In this document: piece by piece, positions 9,291 through 18,798 of the stretch
Numbering within the stretch: the stretch's first letter is position 1
Layout of the letters: the number at the start of each line of letters is the position of its first letter
NCBI GenBank assembly: GCA_046533775.1
Contig: JAWDOO010000003.1
Location: 30,001 to 62,000, forward strand
Source: Candidatus Nanopusillus sp.
Lineage (GTDB): Archaea > Nanobdellota > Nanobdellia > Nanobdellales > Nanobdellaceae
Direction of reading: 5' to 3'
DNA: 32,000 nt
Made by a program: the position numbers and the translations under genes
The notes under the pieces: generated by a model
The model's input: only the letters and a program-made list of their open reading frames with translations
What the model was told of the DNA's origin: nothing
Databases searched by the model: none

Positions 9291-9844
9291 AAAAGATTGA
9301 TGAAGGTTGGCATTCTGAAATTTTTTTAACAGAAAATGGTACAATAATAAAAAAATTTAAGGATAAATTATATAAAAATTATGAAAAAGAGAAATATTTT
9401 TTAAATCTTTTAAGTAATTATGATTTTGTTCCAAAGATTATTTCTTATAATGATAAAAATTTGGAAATAGAGATGGAATATATTAACGGAAAAAAATTTG
9501 AAGATTTAGATATAGAAGAAAAGAAAAAATATTTAGATGATATTTTAGATATTTTGTTTTTATTAGATAAATTAAAAATTGAAAAAGAAGAAATGAGAAG
9601 ACCCTATGAGCACATAATTATTAAAGATAATAAAATTTATTTAATAGATTGGGAAAGGGCAAGATTAAAAAACAATCCTTCAAATTTAACACAGTTCATA
9701 CAATATTTAATAGATAATAAAATAATTAACATTGATCAAGAATTAATAAATTTATTAAGAGAATATAAAAAATTTTATTCTGAAGATATATTTAATAAAA
9801 TTAAAGAAAAAATTAAAAGTATATTAAATAATAGAGAATATTAA
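9287..9844 (+). CDS. small atypical protein kinase (Bud32/RIO-like, KEOPS-associated or COG2112-like)
   Basis: 185 aa. It has an N-lobe-like start (GWHSEIFLTENGTIIKKF), a hinge EMEYINGKKF, and IYLIDWERA in place of the DFG region. The catalytic loop is non-canonical (EEMRRPYEHIII), so assignment to Bud32 is tentative. Confidence 0.5.
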   Translation: MKKIDEGWHSEIFLTENGTIIKKFKDKLYKNYEKEKYFLNLLSNYDFVPKIISYNDKNLEIEMEYINGKKFEDLDIEEKKKYLDDILDILFLLDKLKIEKEEMRRPYEHIIIKDNKIYLIDWERARLKNNPSNLTQFIQYLIDNKIINIDQELINLLREYKKFYSEDIFNKIKEKIKSILNNREY

Positions 9845-9915
9845 GCCTCCGTGGTGTAGTGGCAGCATACGGGACTGTCGATCCCGTGACCCGGGTTCAA
9901 ATCCCGGCGGGGGCG
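9845..9915 (+). tRNA. tRNA-Asp (anticodon GTC)
   Basis: Cloverleaf: GCCTCCG/CGGGGGC (one G-U pair), D stem GTGT/GCAT, anticodon stem CGGGA/TCCCG, loop CTGTCGA, T arm CCGGG-TTCAAAT-CCCGG, discriminator G. It starts on the base after the upstream TAA stop and is followed by TTTTTT. Confidence 0.92.
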
Positions 9916-9932
9916 TTTTTTAATAAAAATGA

Positions 9933-10805
9933 TTAAAATTCATTCAATATATATTTTTTAGCAATTTCATTTGCAAATAATAATCTATCCTTATTATTTA
10001 AATTATTTAGATATCCATAAAAATTTCCAGCATTCCATGTATCACCTGCACCTGTTAATATTATTGGTTTAACTTTTTCAATTTTTATATATATATTTGA
10101 TGGTAAAGAATAAACAAAATCTGGAGAATGTATATCTAAATTTTCTACATTTAATATTTTATATAACTTATTTGCTAAATCTAATAGATTATCATAATCC
10201 AATTTAAGAAAATTTCCTAAATATTCTAATTCATATTCATTTAAACTTAAAACCCATATTCTATTTTCTTTTAATATTTTAATTAATTCATTTAAATTTT
10301 CAATATTTATTGAAGGATCTCCTATATCTAAATATATTTTTGCATCTCTATTTAAATTAATTATATATTCTAATAATTCATTGGAATTTTTATTATTATT
10401 CCAATTTCCAAAGAATATATATTTTGTTTTCTTTAATATTTTTTCATATTTTTTTATTTCATTAATTCCAATTTGAATACCTTTTGGATCTGTTATCATA
10501 ATTCTATCATTATCTTCTAAACTAATAGTAATAGAAATATCTGTATATATTGGTAAAAATTTTATCTTTAATTTTTTATCTTTTATATATTGTTTAAATA
10601 TTAATTCAGAAATTTTATTACATCCAGCTATTAATTTATTTTTTACCCCAATTTTACCCAATGCAATTGAAAAATTTGCAGCATTTCCTCCAATTTTTAA
10701 TTTAATCTCCTGATTTATATTTCCAGTATTTTTATTTATATCTATTTTTTTTGTAATTATATCTAAAAATAGATCAGGAAGGGAGATTATTGAATTTTGT
10801 TTCAT
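9933..10805 (-). CDS. PfkB/ribokinase-family carbohydrate kinase
   Basis: 290 aa. It has the N-terminal GG motif (KIGGNAANFSIALGKIG) and the C-terminal PfkB signature LTGAGDTWNAGNFYGY. Confidence 0.7.
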   Translation of the reverse strand: MKQNSIISLPDLFLDIITKKIDINKNTGNINQEIKLKIGGNAANFSIALGKIGVKNKLIAGCNKISELIFKQYIKDKKLKIKFLPIYTDISITISLEDNDRIMITDPKGIQIGINEIKKYEKILKKTKYIFFGNWNNNKNSNELLEYIINLNRDAKIYLDIGDPSINIENLNELIKILKENRIWVLSLNEYELEYLGNFLKLDYDNLLDLANKLYKILNVENLDIHSPDFVYSLPSNIYIKIEKVKPIILTGAGDTWNAGNFYGYLNNLNNKDRLLFANEIAKKYILNEF

Positions 10806-12522
10806 ATATAATATAACTTATTAGTCCAATATATACATTTGCTAATATTGCTGAGGCAATTGCTCCATACAATTTGAAATTTGATATTAATATAATATCA
10901 GTAATTATTGAAAGTATGGCAGTTGTTATTGCATATATTGGATAATATTTTTCCATATCTCTTCTATACAATATTAAATTATATATATTAAATGAACTTA
11001 TTATTAAAATAATTGAGAGATATTTTATTATATTTGCAGATAATTGATAATTTTCCCCAAATATAAATATTATTATATAAGGGCCAATTAATATAAGCAA
11101 TCCAAATAATATAACATTAATTAGAAATTGTATTAATAGCAATCTATTTATGTTTCTAATAACTTTTTCTTTCTCCCATTTTAATATTCTAGGTAATGTT
11201 ATACCATTTACAGTAAACATTCCAGATAATGTGTAAACAATTATCAATGCAGAATAAAATTCTCCAACAGTAGTATAGTTTGTAAATGTTCTTAATACTT
11301 GTATATCTATTGAAGAATATAAACCTAGTAAAGATATTGGTAGACTAATAAGTATTGTAGATTTTAGATATTTTTTAAAATCATTAAAATTAATTTTTTC
11401 TTTCAATATAGATAAAAAATTAATATTACTTTTCTTTAATTTATATAGATAAGCTAGATTTAAAATAAAATAGGCTAAAAATAAACCAAATATAAAACCA
11501 ATATTTTTTATTATGATTACTAAAGAAACTATGAAAATAAATTTAAGTAAAGCCTCTAATATATATAAATTTTTAACAGATTTTATATTTAATTGTGAAT
11601 AAAATATGGAAAAATAGACTCCAATTAAAGATAATAATATTGCAGTTATATATATAATTAATATATCTAAAAAACTATATCCATAGAAAGTTGTAGATAG
11701 GAAATAATTTGGAAATAAGAAAATAATTAAAAGAATAAATATTGAAAAAATAATTTTTAAATATATATCCATTTTAACATATTTATTATCTTTATATTCT
11801 GATAGATATTTTGTCAATATTATATTGGAAGATCCAATTATTCCGGCAATCAATCCTAAGAAATTGTATATTGATATATATGCTCCATAAAAAGTATCTG
11901 TTAATGTTCTAGCTAAAATTACTAACAATAAAAAAGTGATAGCTTTATATGTTATTAATCCGATTTTTTCATGTATATAATCCTTAAAATATTTTAAATT
12001 TAATATTTTATTAAAAATCTTAATTATTTTATCATAATATATTATTAAATTAATAAATAGTTCTTCTAAGAAGAACTTGTTAATTTTATGTTTTTGATTT
12101 ATATAGAACCTTTTATTTCCTAAATATGTTAATAAAAAATTTTCATATATTTTAATATTTTTTCCAAATATTATATATGGATTTATTAAATGAAAAATTA
12201 TAAAATTCTCTCTTATTAAACCAAGAAATCCATCTTCGAATTTTCTTTTCCTATATACATCATATATATTTTTATCTATATTATTGTATATTATTATATT
12301 ATTTCCTTCAATTTTTAATTTTCTAATGTCCCTTTCATTATCTAATAAATAAAATGTTAAATTATAATTTTCTTTTATTTTTAGTACTATATTTTTATAT
12401 TCTTTATAAGTTATACAAATTAGGTTTAAATTGTTTTTTTGGCAAAAATTATATAATATTTTAATATTATAAAATAATCTTTTTATATCTTTGTTAAAAA
12501 AGATATAAATTAGATTATCCAT
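10774..12522 (-). CDS. Wzx/MOP-family oligosaccharide flippase with a roughly 190 aa N-terminal soluble extension
   Basis: The C-terminal ~390 aa is polytopic membrane protein with the usual Wzx-like start (KAITFLLLVILARTLTDTFYGAYISIYNF). The N-terminal ~190 aa is hydrophilic with no motif I recognise. It sits in an operon with the GPT and AglB genes. Confidence 0.6.
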   Translation of the reverse strand: MDNLIYIFFNKDIKRLFYNIKILYNFCQKNNLNLICITYKEYKNIVLKIKENYNLTFYLLDNERDIRKLKIEGNNIIIYNNIDKNIYDVYRKRKFEDGFLGLIRENFIIFHLINPYIIFGKNIKIYENFLLTYLGNKRFYINQKHKINKFFLEELFINLIIYYDKIIKIFNKILNLKYFKDYIHEKIGLITYKAITFLLLVILARTLTDTFYGAYISIYNFLGLIAGIIGSSNIILTKYLSEYKDNKYVKMDIYLKIIFSIFILLIIFLFPNYFLSTTFYGYSFLDILIIYITAILLSLIGVYFSIFYSQLNIKSVKNLYILEALLKFIFIVSLVIIIKNIGFIFGLFLAYFILNLAYLYKLKKSNINFLSILKEKINFNDFKKYLKSTILISLPISLLGLYSSIDIQVLRTFTNYTTVGEFYSALIIVYTLSGMFTVNGITLPRILKWEKEKVIRNINRLLLIQFLINVILFGLLILIGPYIIIFIFGENYQLSANIIKYLSIILIISSFNIYNLILYRRDMEKYYPIYAITTAILSIITDIILISNFKLYGAIASAILANVYIGLISYIIYETKFNNLPS

Positions 12523-13534
12523 ATAAGAAAGCTAATATTGTTATTATTATTTGAAATAAAATTATTGTATATACCACCATTTTTTCTGTTGTCCTTTTAA
12601 ATATCTTTCTATTTATTTTAATTGCAAGATGGGTAACACTATATATTTTATCATATGGCTCTTTTAGATTATTATTTTCATCAGGTATTGCAAAGTTTTC
12701 TTTATATACATGATTAAATAGTCCTCTTATAAATAATATTAATTCTAAGAAATATAATGTAAACAAAATTAATCCAAATTTTTCAAGGTTTCCTAATATT
12801 ACTATTGCACCAAATAAAGATCCAATGCCATATGTAAATGAATTTCCTGGAAATACTTTTGATGGATACCAATTAAATATTAAAAATGCTATTATTGAAA
12901 ATATTGTTATTAATGATATTTCTGCTAAATAATAATTACCAGTTAAATATGATTCTAATCCAACTGCGCCAATTAATAAAATACCCATAGATCCTTCTAG
13001 ACCATTATATCCAGCAATCATGTTAAATGCATTAGATGTACCCATTATTGTAATTGGTACTATTAATAGTGGATATAATATTCCAAAATTTACTTCTCCA
13101 ATAAATGGTAAATTAACATACGAATTACCTGCAGATATTATCATTAATGGTAATGCTAATATAAATGTTAAAAATACTTTTTGCAAAGGTTTTAATCCTT
13201 TTTTCCATCCTAGTATATCGTCAAATAATCCTAATATTGTAGTTAATGATAATAATGTTAATATAGAAAATATTTCTACCAAATCTTCTGTAGTTTTCAA
13301 TATATATACTTTTAATCCAATATATAATAATATTCCAAAAATTGTACCAATTATTGCATATAAACCACCAATTTCTGCCACTTCTGGTTTATTATACTTA
13401 TTCATATCTTTTCCTATATATCCTTCTCTATGAGCAATTGGTATCCATTTTTTTATTAAATAATATGAAACAAAAAAAGACAATATTAATGGTAATATGG
13501 CAATTAAAATTTCTTTATACATTATAATAATCAT
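12515..13534 (-). CDS. aglH: dolichyl/polyprenyl-phosphate N-acetylhexosamine-1-phosphate transferase (GT4 MraY/WecA/AglH family)
   Basis: 339 aa polytopic membrane protein with the family motifs LFDDILGWKKGL and SNAFNMIAGYNGLEGSMG. Confidence 0.8.
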   Translation of the reverse strand: MIIIMYKEILIAILPLILSFFVSYYLIKKWIPIAHREGYIGKDMNKYNKPEVAEIGGLYAIIGTIFGILLYIGLKVYILKTTEDLVEIFSILTLLSLTTILGLFDDILGWKKGLKPLQKVFLTFILALPLMIISAGNSYVNLPFIGEVNFGILYPLLIVPITIMGTSNAFNMIAGYNGLEGSMGILLIGAVGLESYLTGNYYLAEISLITIFSIIAFLIFNWYPSKVFPGNSFTYGIGSLFGAIVILGNLEKFGLILFTLYFLELILFIRGLFNHVYKENFAIPDENNNLKEPYDKIYSVTHLAIKINRKIFKRTTEKMVVYTIILFQIIITILAFLYG

Positions 13535-16500
13535 TTAAATTTTCATAATAGGCCAAATTATAGATTTTTCCACATTCATTTATTTGTTGAATGTTTGTTG
13601 CTAGATAAATACAATATAAATAATCTGGAACTGTGAAATTCTCTGGGAAATTAATTTCCCATACTTTTGCTGGAGGAATATCATAATATATTACTGAAGG
13701 AAGACCATATAATTCATTTGAATAAAATACAGGATCGAATGTTCCATTATAATTATTATTTAAGAAGTATAGTTGTACCCAATCATATTGAGTAGCTTTT
13801 TGTGATATAAAGTATGCATATAGGAACAATCCTAGTGGATTATTTTGCTGTAATAATGAATAATCTGGGGTTATATATAATAATCCACCATATTGAGAAT
13901 TATTAAATGTAACCAATTGTCCATCTACATCTACATATTTTAATGAGAGTACATATTGTTGATTATTTAATGGGTAATAAATATATACATATGCTCCTAT
14001 TAAATTATTTGGATTAATATTGTTTATATTTAATGTTTGATATATTCCAGATCTCTCTACTATAGATTGATTAAATAATAATTGAACTCCAGTTATTATT
14101 CCGCAGCTATTTTGGTTAATTATACCCTGATTCTGTACATATATACATCTATTTATTATAGTTCCATTAATATTCAAATCTTGATCCAATGGTTCTTGAC
14201 CAAAGTAGAATAAACTATTATTTGTTGCAAATATATAATATCCATCATAATATACTGAAGGAATTGTTGGTCCCGGATTTATTGTTGTTCCAGATATAAA
14301 TTGGGACACCCATGATTCTTTATCATAACTTTCATTTGATCCTAAAAATTGGAAGGCAAAGGATTTTCCTATATCTGTAGGATCTATATATAAATATGCT
14401 GGTTTCAAATAATTCATATTATATAATTTTTCTAATAGTTCTATATCTTGTTGAGATAAATTATATGATGAAATAGATTCTGGAGATCCATTAAATTGAT
14501 ATAATAGATTTATCCAATTATCATATCCTAAAGAATCTTTTAATTCTTCAATTTCATTTACTTCACTTTCATTAAATCCTAAATATTTATATAAATAATT
14601 ATAAAATATAGAATTTTCATTAAATAATTCTAATGTTTTAAATGTTTGATAATTATAATCTGCATGTACATAGAATAATTGTAATGTTTGTGTTATATTA
14701 TCTGAAGATAATCCGTATCTACCCATTAAATGATTCCAATATGGGTATGCATTTGCACCATTTATCCATGCAGTTCTATTTCCCAATACATAAATATAAT
14801 ATCCATAATCCCACCAAGAATTTATAATAGCATTTTGTGGAGTATTTTGACTTATCCATACAAAAGTATTTATTTCATAATCTGGAGTTCCAAATTGACC
14901 AGCACTTGAAAAATAGTTTACTATATATCCAGGGTATCCATAGATTTTATTGCTTATAGAAAATAAAGGACCAAATATTGTAAATAAAATTAAACTATAT
15001 TTAAATAAATTAAATAGATCCAAATTCTTATCTAATATATATTCATATAGAATATATATACCTAAAAATACCATTGGAATTAAGAATAAGAATATGTCTG
15101 TTGATATATATAAGGATATTCCCGAAATAGATGAAATTAATAATAGTATTAATATTAAATTTTCCTTTATAATATTCTTTAATTTGGAAAATTCATCCTT
15201 AAATAAATTGAATATTTCTATACCAAATATATATAATAATGGAAAAGCTAAACCATTATAATAAACCAATTCATATATATATTTTCCTACAATAAGTGCT
15301 ATAAATGATAATGATAATACAAATATTTCTTCATCACTTAGATTTCTATTGAATAAAGAAATATAAGCTATTAAAATGAAAAAAGTAATCCAAGATATAA
15401 ATATACTTATAAATATACCGTTAATTACTAAATCTGAGAATATTACAAATTGAATGGCAATTGATAATGTGAATATTTCAAATATTGTTTTTATAATATC
15501 ATATTTATTATTTTCTCTATTATATGATATTATAAATATGGAATATATTAATAGATAAAATATCAAAAGATATATTGATGGACCAATAAGTAATTCTGAT
15601 ATAGTTAATATAAATATAAATAAAAATTGTGATATTAAAAGATTTTTAGACTTATTTTTATCAAATATTAAATATCCTAAACCAAGATAAGTTAATATTA
15701 CACCTATTTGTCCGAACAAACTTAGATAATATCCTGCAGTGGTTGGTTGAAACTCTGCAATTGTAGAGCCCATTCTCGAATATGTAAATGGATTATATAA
15801 GAAAGATGTAACTATTTTATCAATTAAAAATGGTAGAGATAAGATAAAAATTAATAGAAATATTGTATATTTTTTTAGCAATTTATCATCTTTAATATAT
15901 CTTTTTATAACGAATGTTATATTTTCAGTAATTTTTTCCAGTATTTTATTATCTTTTAATATTTCATATAGAAATATTAGTATCATTGAAAGTTCTAAAA
16001 ATAAATTATGATAATTTAAAAATAAACCAATTCCCAAAACCCCCGGTGTTAATAGATTATCTAATATTCCAGTAAATCCAATATATGGTAAATAGAAATA
16101 AATATCTTTATAATCTCTATTATAGAAATATCTAATTAATAATGTTAAACCAAATACAATTGGTATTATTATCCATCCACCCCATCCTTTTCTAGTTAAT
16201 GCTGTAGTAAATATTAATAATGTTAAATAGTAAGCTCTTGATCCTTTGAATATTGGATATAACAATAATAAAATAAACAAAAATAAAAATAATTCAATTG
16301 TTAAATATACATCTGAATTTGGTAATAAAGATGTTTTATAAAATATTATTAAGCTAATAATTGAATAAAGAATTAAGAATAATTTTTTGTATTCATTATT
16401 CTCAGGTTTTGCATTAAAGTATTTAATTATAAGATAAAAAGATAATAATAGGAAAATAATTGCTCCCAGTTCTGTATCAAATAAAATTAATCTAGTTGTT

Positions 16501-17042
16501 AAAAATGGATTTATAGCAAAGATCATGGAAGAAAAAATTGCCAAATATTTATCTTTAAATATATTTCTTGCTAAGAAATAAAATATAATTGAGGCGATTG
16601 CAGGTACATATGCATTTGTAAAGTCTGCTGCCAACCATAAAATAATATTTGATGCTGGATGTATTTGTAAAATATTTAATAGTAAAATAATTTGGTTACC
16701 AAAATTCTGGAACATTAAATAGGATAAAAATGCTAAATATGATACAAGATCTTTATTATATAAATAAAATGGTAGTGGATAATCCAAATTATACGTAAAA
16801 CTATTTACTGTATGATTAAATACTAAAGATTCAAAATATTTAAACATTAAGTATGCATCAGGTCCTACTAAAGAATAATTTCCTAAGAAATTCATTAACA
16901 AACCTCTTGATCCTAAGGTAAATAAGAATATAAATATAATTATTAATATATCTATGAATATACTCTTTGATAATATTTTTCTTAATCTACTAACCCTTAT
17001 TTCTTGATTATTAATATTTAAATTAGAATTTTCAGATGTCAT
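13515..17042 (-). CDS. aglB: archaeal oligosaccharyltransferase AglB (STT3 family)
   Basis: 1175 aa. The WWDYGYY catalytic motif lies at about residue 741 after a very long multi-TM region. An N-terminal loop motif ([12 protein letters not shown]) and a large C-terminal soluble domain are present. Confidence 0.88.
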   Translation of the reverse strand: MTSENSNLNINNQEIRVSRLRKILSKSIFIDILIIIFIFLFTLGSRGLLMNFLGNYSLVGPDAYLMFKYFESLVFNHTVNSFTYNLDYPLPFYLYNKDLVSYLAFLSYLMFQNFGNQIILLLNILQIHPASNIILWLAADFTNAYVPAIASIIFYFLARNIFKDKYLAIFSSMIFAINPFLTTRLILFDTELGAIIFLLLSFYLIIKYFNAKPENNEYKKLFLILYSIISLIIFYKTSLLPNSDVYLTIELFLFLFILLLLYPIFKGSRAYYLTLLIFTTALTRKGWGGWIIIPIVFGLTLLIRYFYNRDYKDIYFYLPYIGFTGILDNLLTPGVLGIGLFLNYHNLFLELSMILIFLYEILKDNKILEKITENITFVIKRYIKDDKLLKKYTIFLLIFILSLPFLIDKIVTSFLYNPFTYSRMGSTIAEFQPTTAGYYLSLFGQIGVILTYLGLGYLIFDKNKSKNLLISQFLFIFILTISELLIGPSIYLLIFYLLIYSIFIISYNRENNKYDIIKTIFEIFTLSIAIQFVIFSDLVINGIFISIFISWITFFILIAYISLFNRNLSDEEIFVLSLSFIALIVGKYIYELVYYNGLAFPLLYIFGIEIFNLFKDEFSKLKNIIKENLILILLLISSISGISLYISTDIFLFLIPMVFLGIYILYEYILDKNLDLFNLFKYSLILFTIFGPLFSISNKIYGYPGYIVNYFSSAGQFGTPDYEINTFVWISQNTPQNAIINSWWDYGYYIYVLGNRTAWINGANAYPYWNHLMGRYGLSSDNITQTLQLFYVHADYNYQTFKTLELFNENSIFYNYLYKYLGFNESEVNEIEELKDSLGYDNWINLLYQFNGSPESISSYNLSQQDIELLEKLYNMNYLKPAYLYIDPTDIGKSFAFQFLGSNESYDKESWVSQFISGTTINPGPTIPSVYYDGYYIFATNNSLFYFGQEPLDQDLNINGTIINRCIYVQNQGIINQNSCGIITGVQLLFNQSIVERSGIYQTLNINNINPNNLIGAYVYIYYPLNNQQYVLSLKYVDVDGQLVTFNNSQYGGLLYITPDYSLLQQNNPLGLFLYAYFISQKATQYDWVQLYFLNNNYNGTFDPVFYSNELYGLPSVIYYDIPPAKVWEINFPENFTVPDYLYCIYLATNIQQINECGKIYNLAYYENLNDYYNV

Positions 17043-17094
17043 TTTTACATATTTTAATAAAAGATTTAAAAACTATTTTACAATTACTTACAAT

Positions 17095-17388
17095 ATGCCT
17101 AGAAAAGTTGTATCAAAAGAAGGTGAAGAAGGTATAAGAAATGCTGAAGAAAATGTTGTAAAGGAAAATATTGTAACATGGACTAAAGGATACAAAGCAG
17201 AAGTATTAGATGTCGTTGGAAGAACCGGTATGAGAGGTGAAGCTACTCATGTTATTGTAAGAATACTTGATGGTCCAGATTCTGGAAAAATCCTTAGAAG
17301 GAATGTAATAGGACCTGTTAGAAAGGGGGATATAATATTATTAAGGGAAACAGAAATATCGGCCATGCCAATCGAAAAGAAAGATTAA
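17095..17388 (+). CDS. rps28e: 30S ribosomal protein eS28
   Basis: [53 protein letters not shown] is the conserved eS28 core. It is preceded by a roughly 30 aa N-terminal extension. Confidence 0.9.
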   Translation: MPRKVVSKEGEEGIRNAEENVVKENIVTWTKGYKAEVLDVVGRTGMRGEATHVIVRILDGPDSGKILRRNVIGPVRKGDIILLRETEISAMPIEKKD

Positions 17389-17390
17389 AG

Positions 17391-17570
17391 ATGGTTGTTA
17401 AAAATAAGTGTTCATATTGTGGAAGCGAAATAGAACCTGGTACTGGAATTATATATGCATTAAATAATGGTACCGTTTTATATTTTTGTTCAAGAAAGTG
17501 TATTAGAAATTGGGAAATGAAAAGAGATAATAAAAAGTTAAAATGGACAGTATTTTATAATAAAGCATGA
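17391..17570 (+). CDS. rpl24e: 50S ribosomal protein eL24 (59 aa; below the ORF-track length cutoff)
   Basis: My own translation: MVVKNKCSYCGSEIEPGTGIIYALNNGTVLYFCSRKCIRNWEMKRDNKKLKWTVFYNKA. It has the CxxC...CxxKC zinc-ribbon-like eL24 pattern and sits in the conserved eS28-eL24-NDK position. Its TGA overlaps the ndk ATG (ATGA). Confidence 0.85.
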   Translation: MVVKNKCSYCGSEIEPGTGIIYALNNGTVLYFCSRKCIRNWEMKRDNKKLKWTVFYNKA

Positions 17571-18160
17571 ATGGAAAACATTTAATACAAAATACATTGG
17601 TAGTATTAAAACCAGATAGTGTTAAAAGAGGAATTATTGGAGAAATAATATCTAGATTTGAGAAAGCAGGTTTAAAAATTGTAGGATTAAAAATGATAAA
17701 ATTAACAAGAGAACAGGCAGAAAAATTCTATTATGCAGATGAAAAATGGTTGGAAAGTGTTGGAAATAAGACAATAACAAGATATAAAGAAATGGGATTG
17801 GATCCTATAAAAGAATTTGGAACTGATGATCCAAAGAAAATTGGGAGTATAATAAGAGGATGGTTGATAGATTTTATAACATCAAGCCCGGTAGTTGCTA
17901 TGGTATTAGAAGGAGTTAATTGTGTAGAAGAAGTTAGAAAATTAGTTGGACCAACAGAACCTTTAAAAGCTCCACCAGGTACTATTAGAGGTGATTATGC
18001 TCATGTATCAATAGCTTATGCAAATTGGAATAAGATTGTTTTAAGGAATGTTGTACATGCATCAGAAACTGAAAAAGATGCAGAAAGAGAGATATCTGTA
18101 ATATTTAAGCCAGAAGAAATCTATAATTATGAAAGGAATATTGAGGAGGTCATCTATTAA
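17567..18160 (+). CDS. ndk: nucleoside diphosphate kinase (long form with internal insertions)
   Basis: TLVVLKPDSVKRGIIGEIISRFEKAGLKIVGLKM, PGTIRGDYA and NVVHASETEKDAEREI (active-site His). At 197 aa it is longer than the usual ~150 aa because of insertions after the first helix pair and before the NVVH motif. Confidence 0.88.
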   Translation: MNGKHLIQNTLVVLKPDSVKRGIIGEIISRFEKAGLKIVGLKMIKLTREQAEKFYYADEKWLESVGNKTITRYKEMGLDPIKEFGTDDPKKIGSIIRGWLIDFITSSPVVAMVLEGVNCVEEVRKLVGPTEPLKAPPGTIRGDYAHVSIAYANWNKIVLRNVVHASETEKDAEREISVIFKPEEIYNYERNIEEVIY

Positions 18161-18791
18161 AGATAAAATTTTGATTTTTTTAATAGTATTTTCAATTTTT
18201 ATGATTTTAGCTTCAATAATATATAGATATTTATTTTATCCAGTATATTCTCTTAAATTACCATATGTTTATAATATTTCAGATAATGAAACTGAAATTG
18301 GGTATTATGAATTAAATTTAACAACTTATGATATAATTAAAATGTCAATAAATGGTGTACTTAATCAAAAAAATCTTAATTTTACTAATCCAAACACTTC
18401 TGTAGAATTTATTAGTGAAGTAGATAGTTATTTATTGAATAATTCTCTATATATGGAAAATTATAAATTATATTATACAAAATTAAATATAATATATCCA
18501 CAATATTCATTTATATTATGTGTAAATAACTCTTGTGGAGCCTTTGTATTTACTAGTAATGGAATTACAAACATACCAATTTCATATATAAATAATATAA
18601 ATAATACATTGATAATCTATCTTTCATATTCAATATCTGAAAGAATTTTAAATTATTTAAAATATGACAATAGAGATTTTGTAGATATAATTAAAAATGG
18701 ATTAGAAAATGGAGAAATTAAAGTAATAAATGATAACCAATTAGTTCAAAATATTTTAAATATGTATAATCTTAATATTAGTGCAGGATAA
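18129..18791 (+). CDS. hypothetical signal-anchored, sequon-rich extracytoplasmic protein
   Basis: It has a basic N-terminus and then one TM helix (ILIFLIVFSIFMILASIIY). I counted 9 N-x-S/T sequons. No recognisable domain. It overlaps the ndk 3' end by 32 nt. Confidence 0.5.
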   Translation: MKGILRRSSIKDKILIFLIVFSIFMILASIIYRYLFYPVYSLKLPYVYNISDNETEIGYYELNLTTYDIIKMSINGVLNQKNLNFTNPNTSVEFISEVDSYLLNNSLYMENYKLYYTKLNIIYPQYSFILCVNNSCGAFVFTSNGITNIPISYINNINNTLIIYLSYSISERILNYLKYDNRDFVDIIKNGLENGEIKVINDNQLVQNILNMYNLNISAG

Positions 18792-18798
18792 AAAAATA

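Noticed and set aside
13020-13527. Plus-strand ORFs 13020-13433 and 13342-13527 inside the GPT/AglH-like gene
   Set aside because: They are antisense to a membrane protein gene that has conserved GT4 motifs.
14642-15261. Plus-strand ORFs 14642-14827 and 14950-15261 inside aglB
   Set aside because: They are antisense to the STT3/AglB gene. The first one lies directly opposite the WWDYG-coding region.
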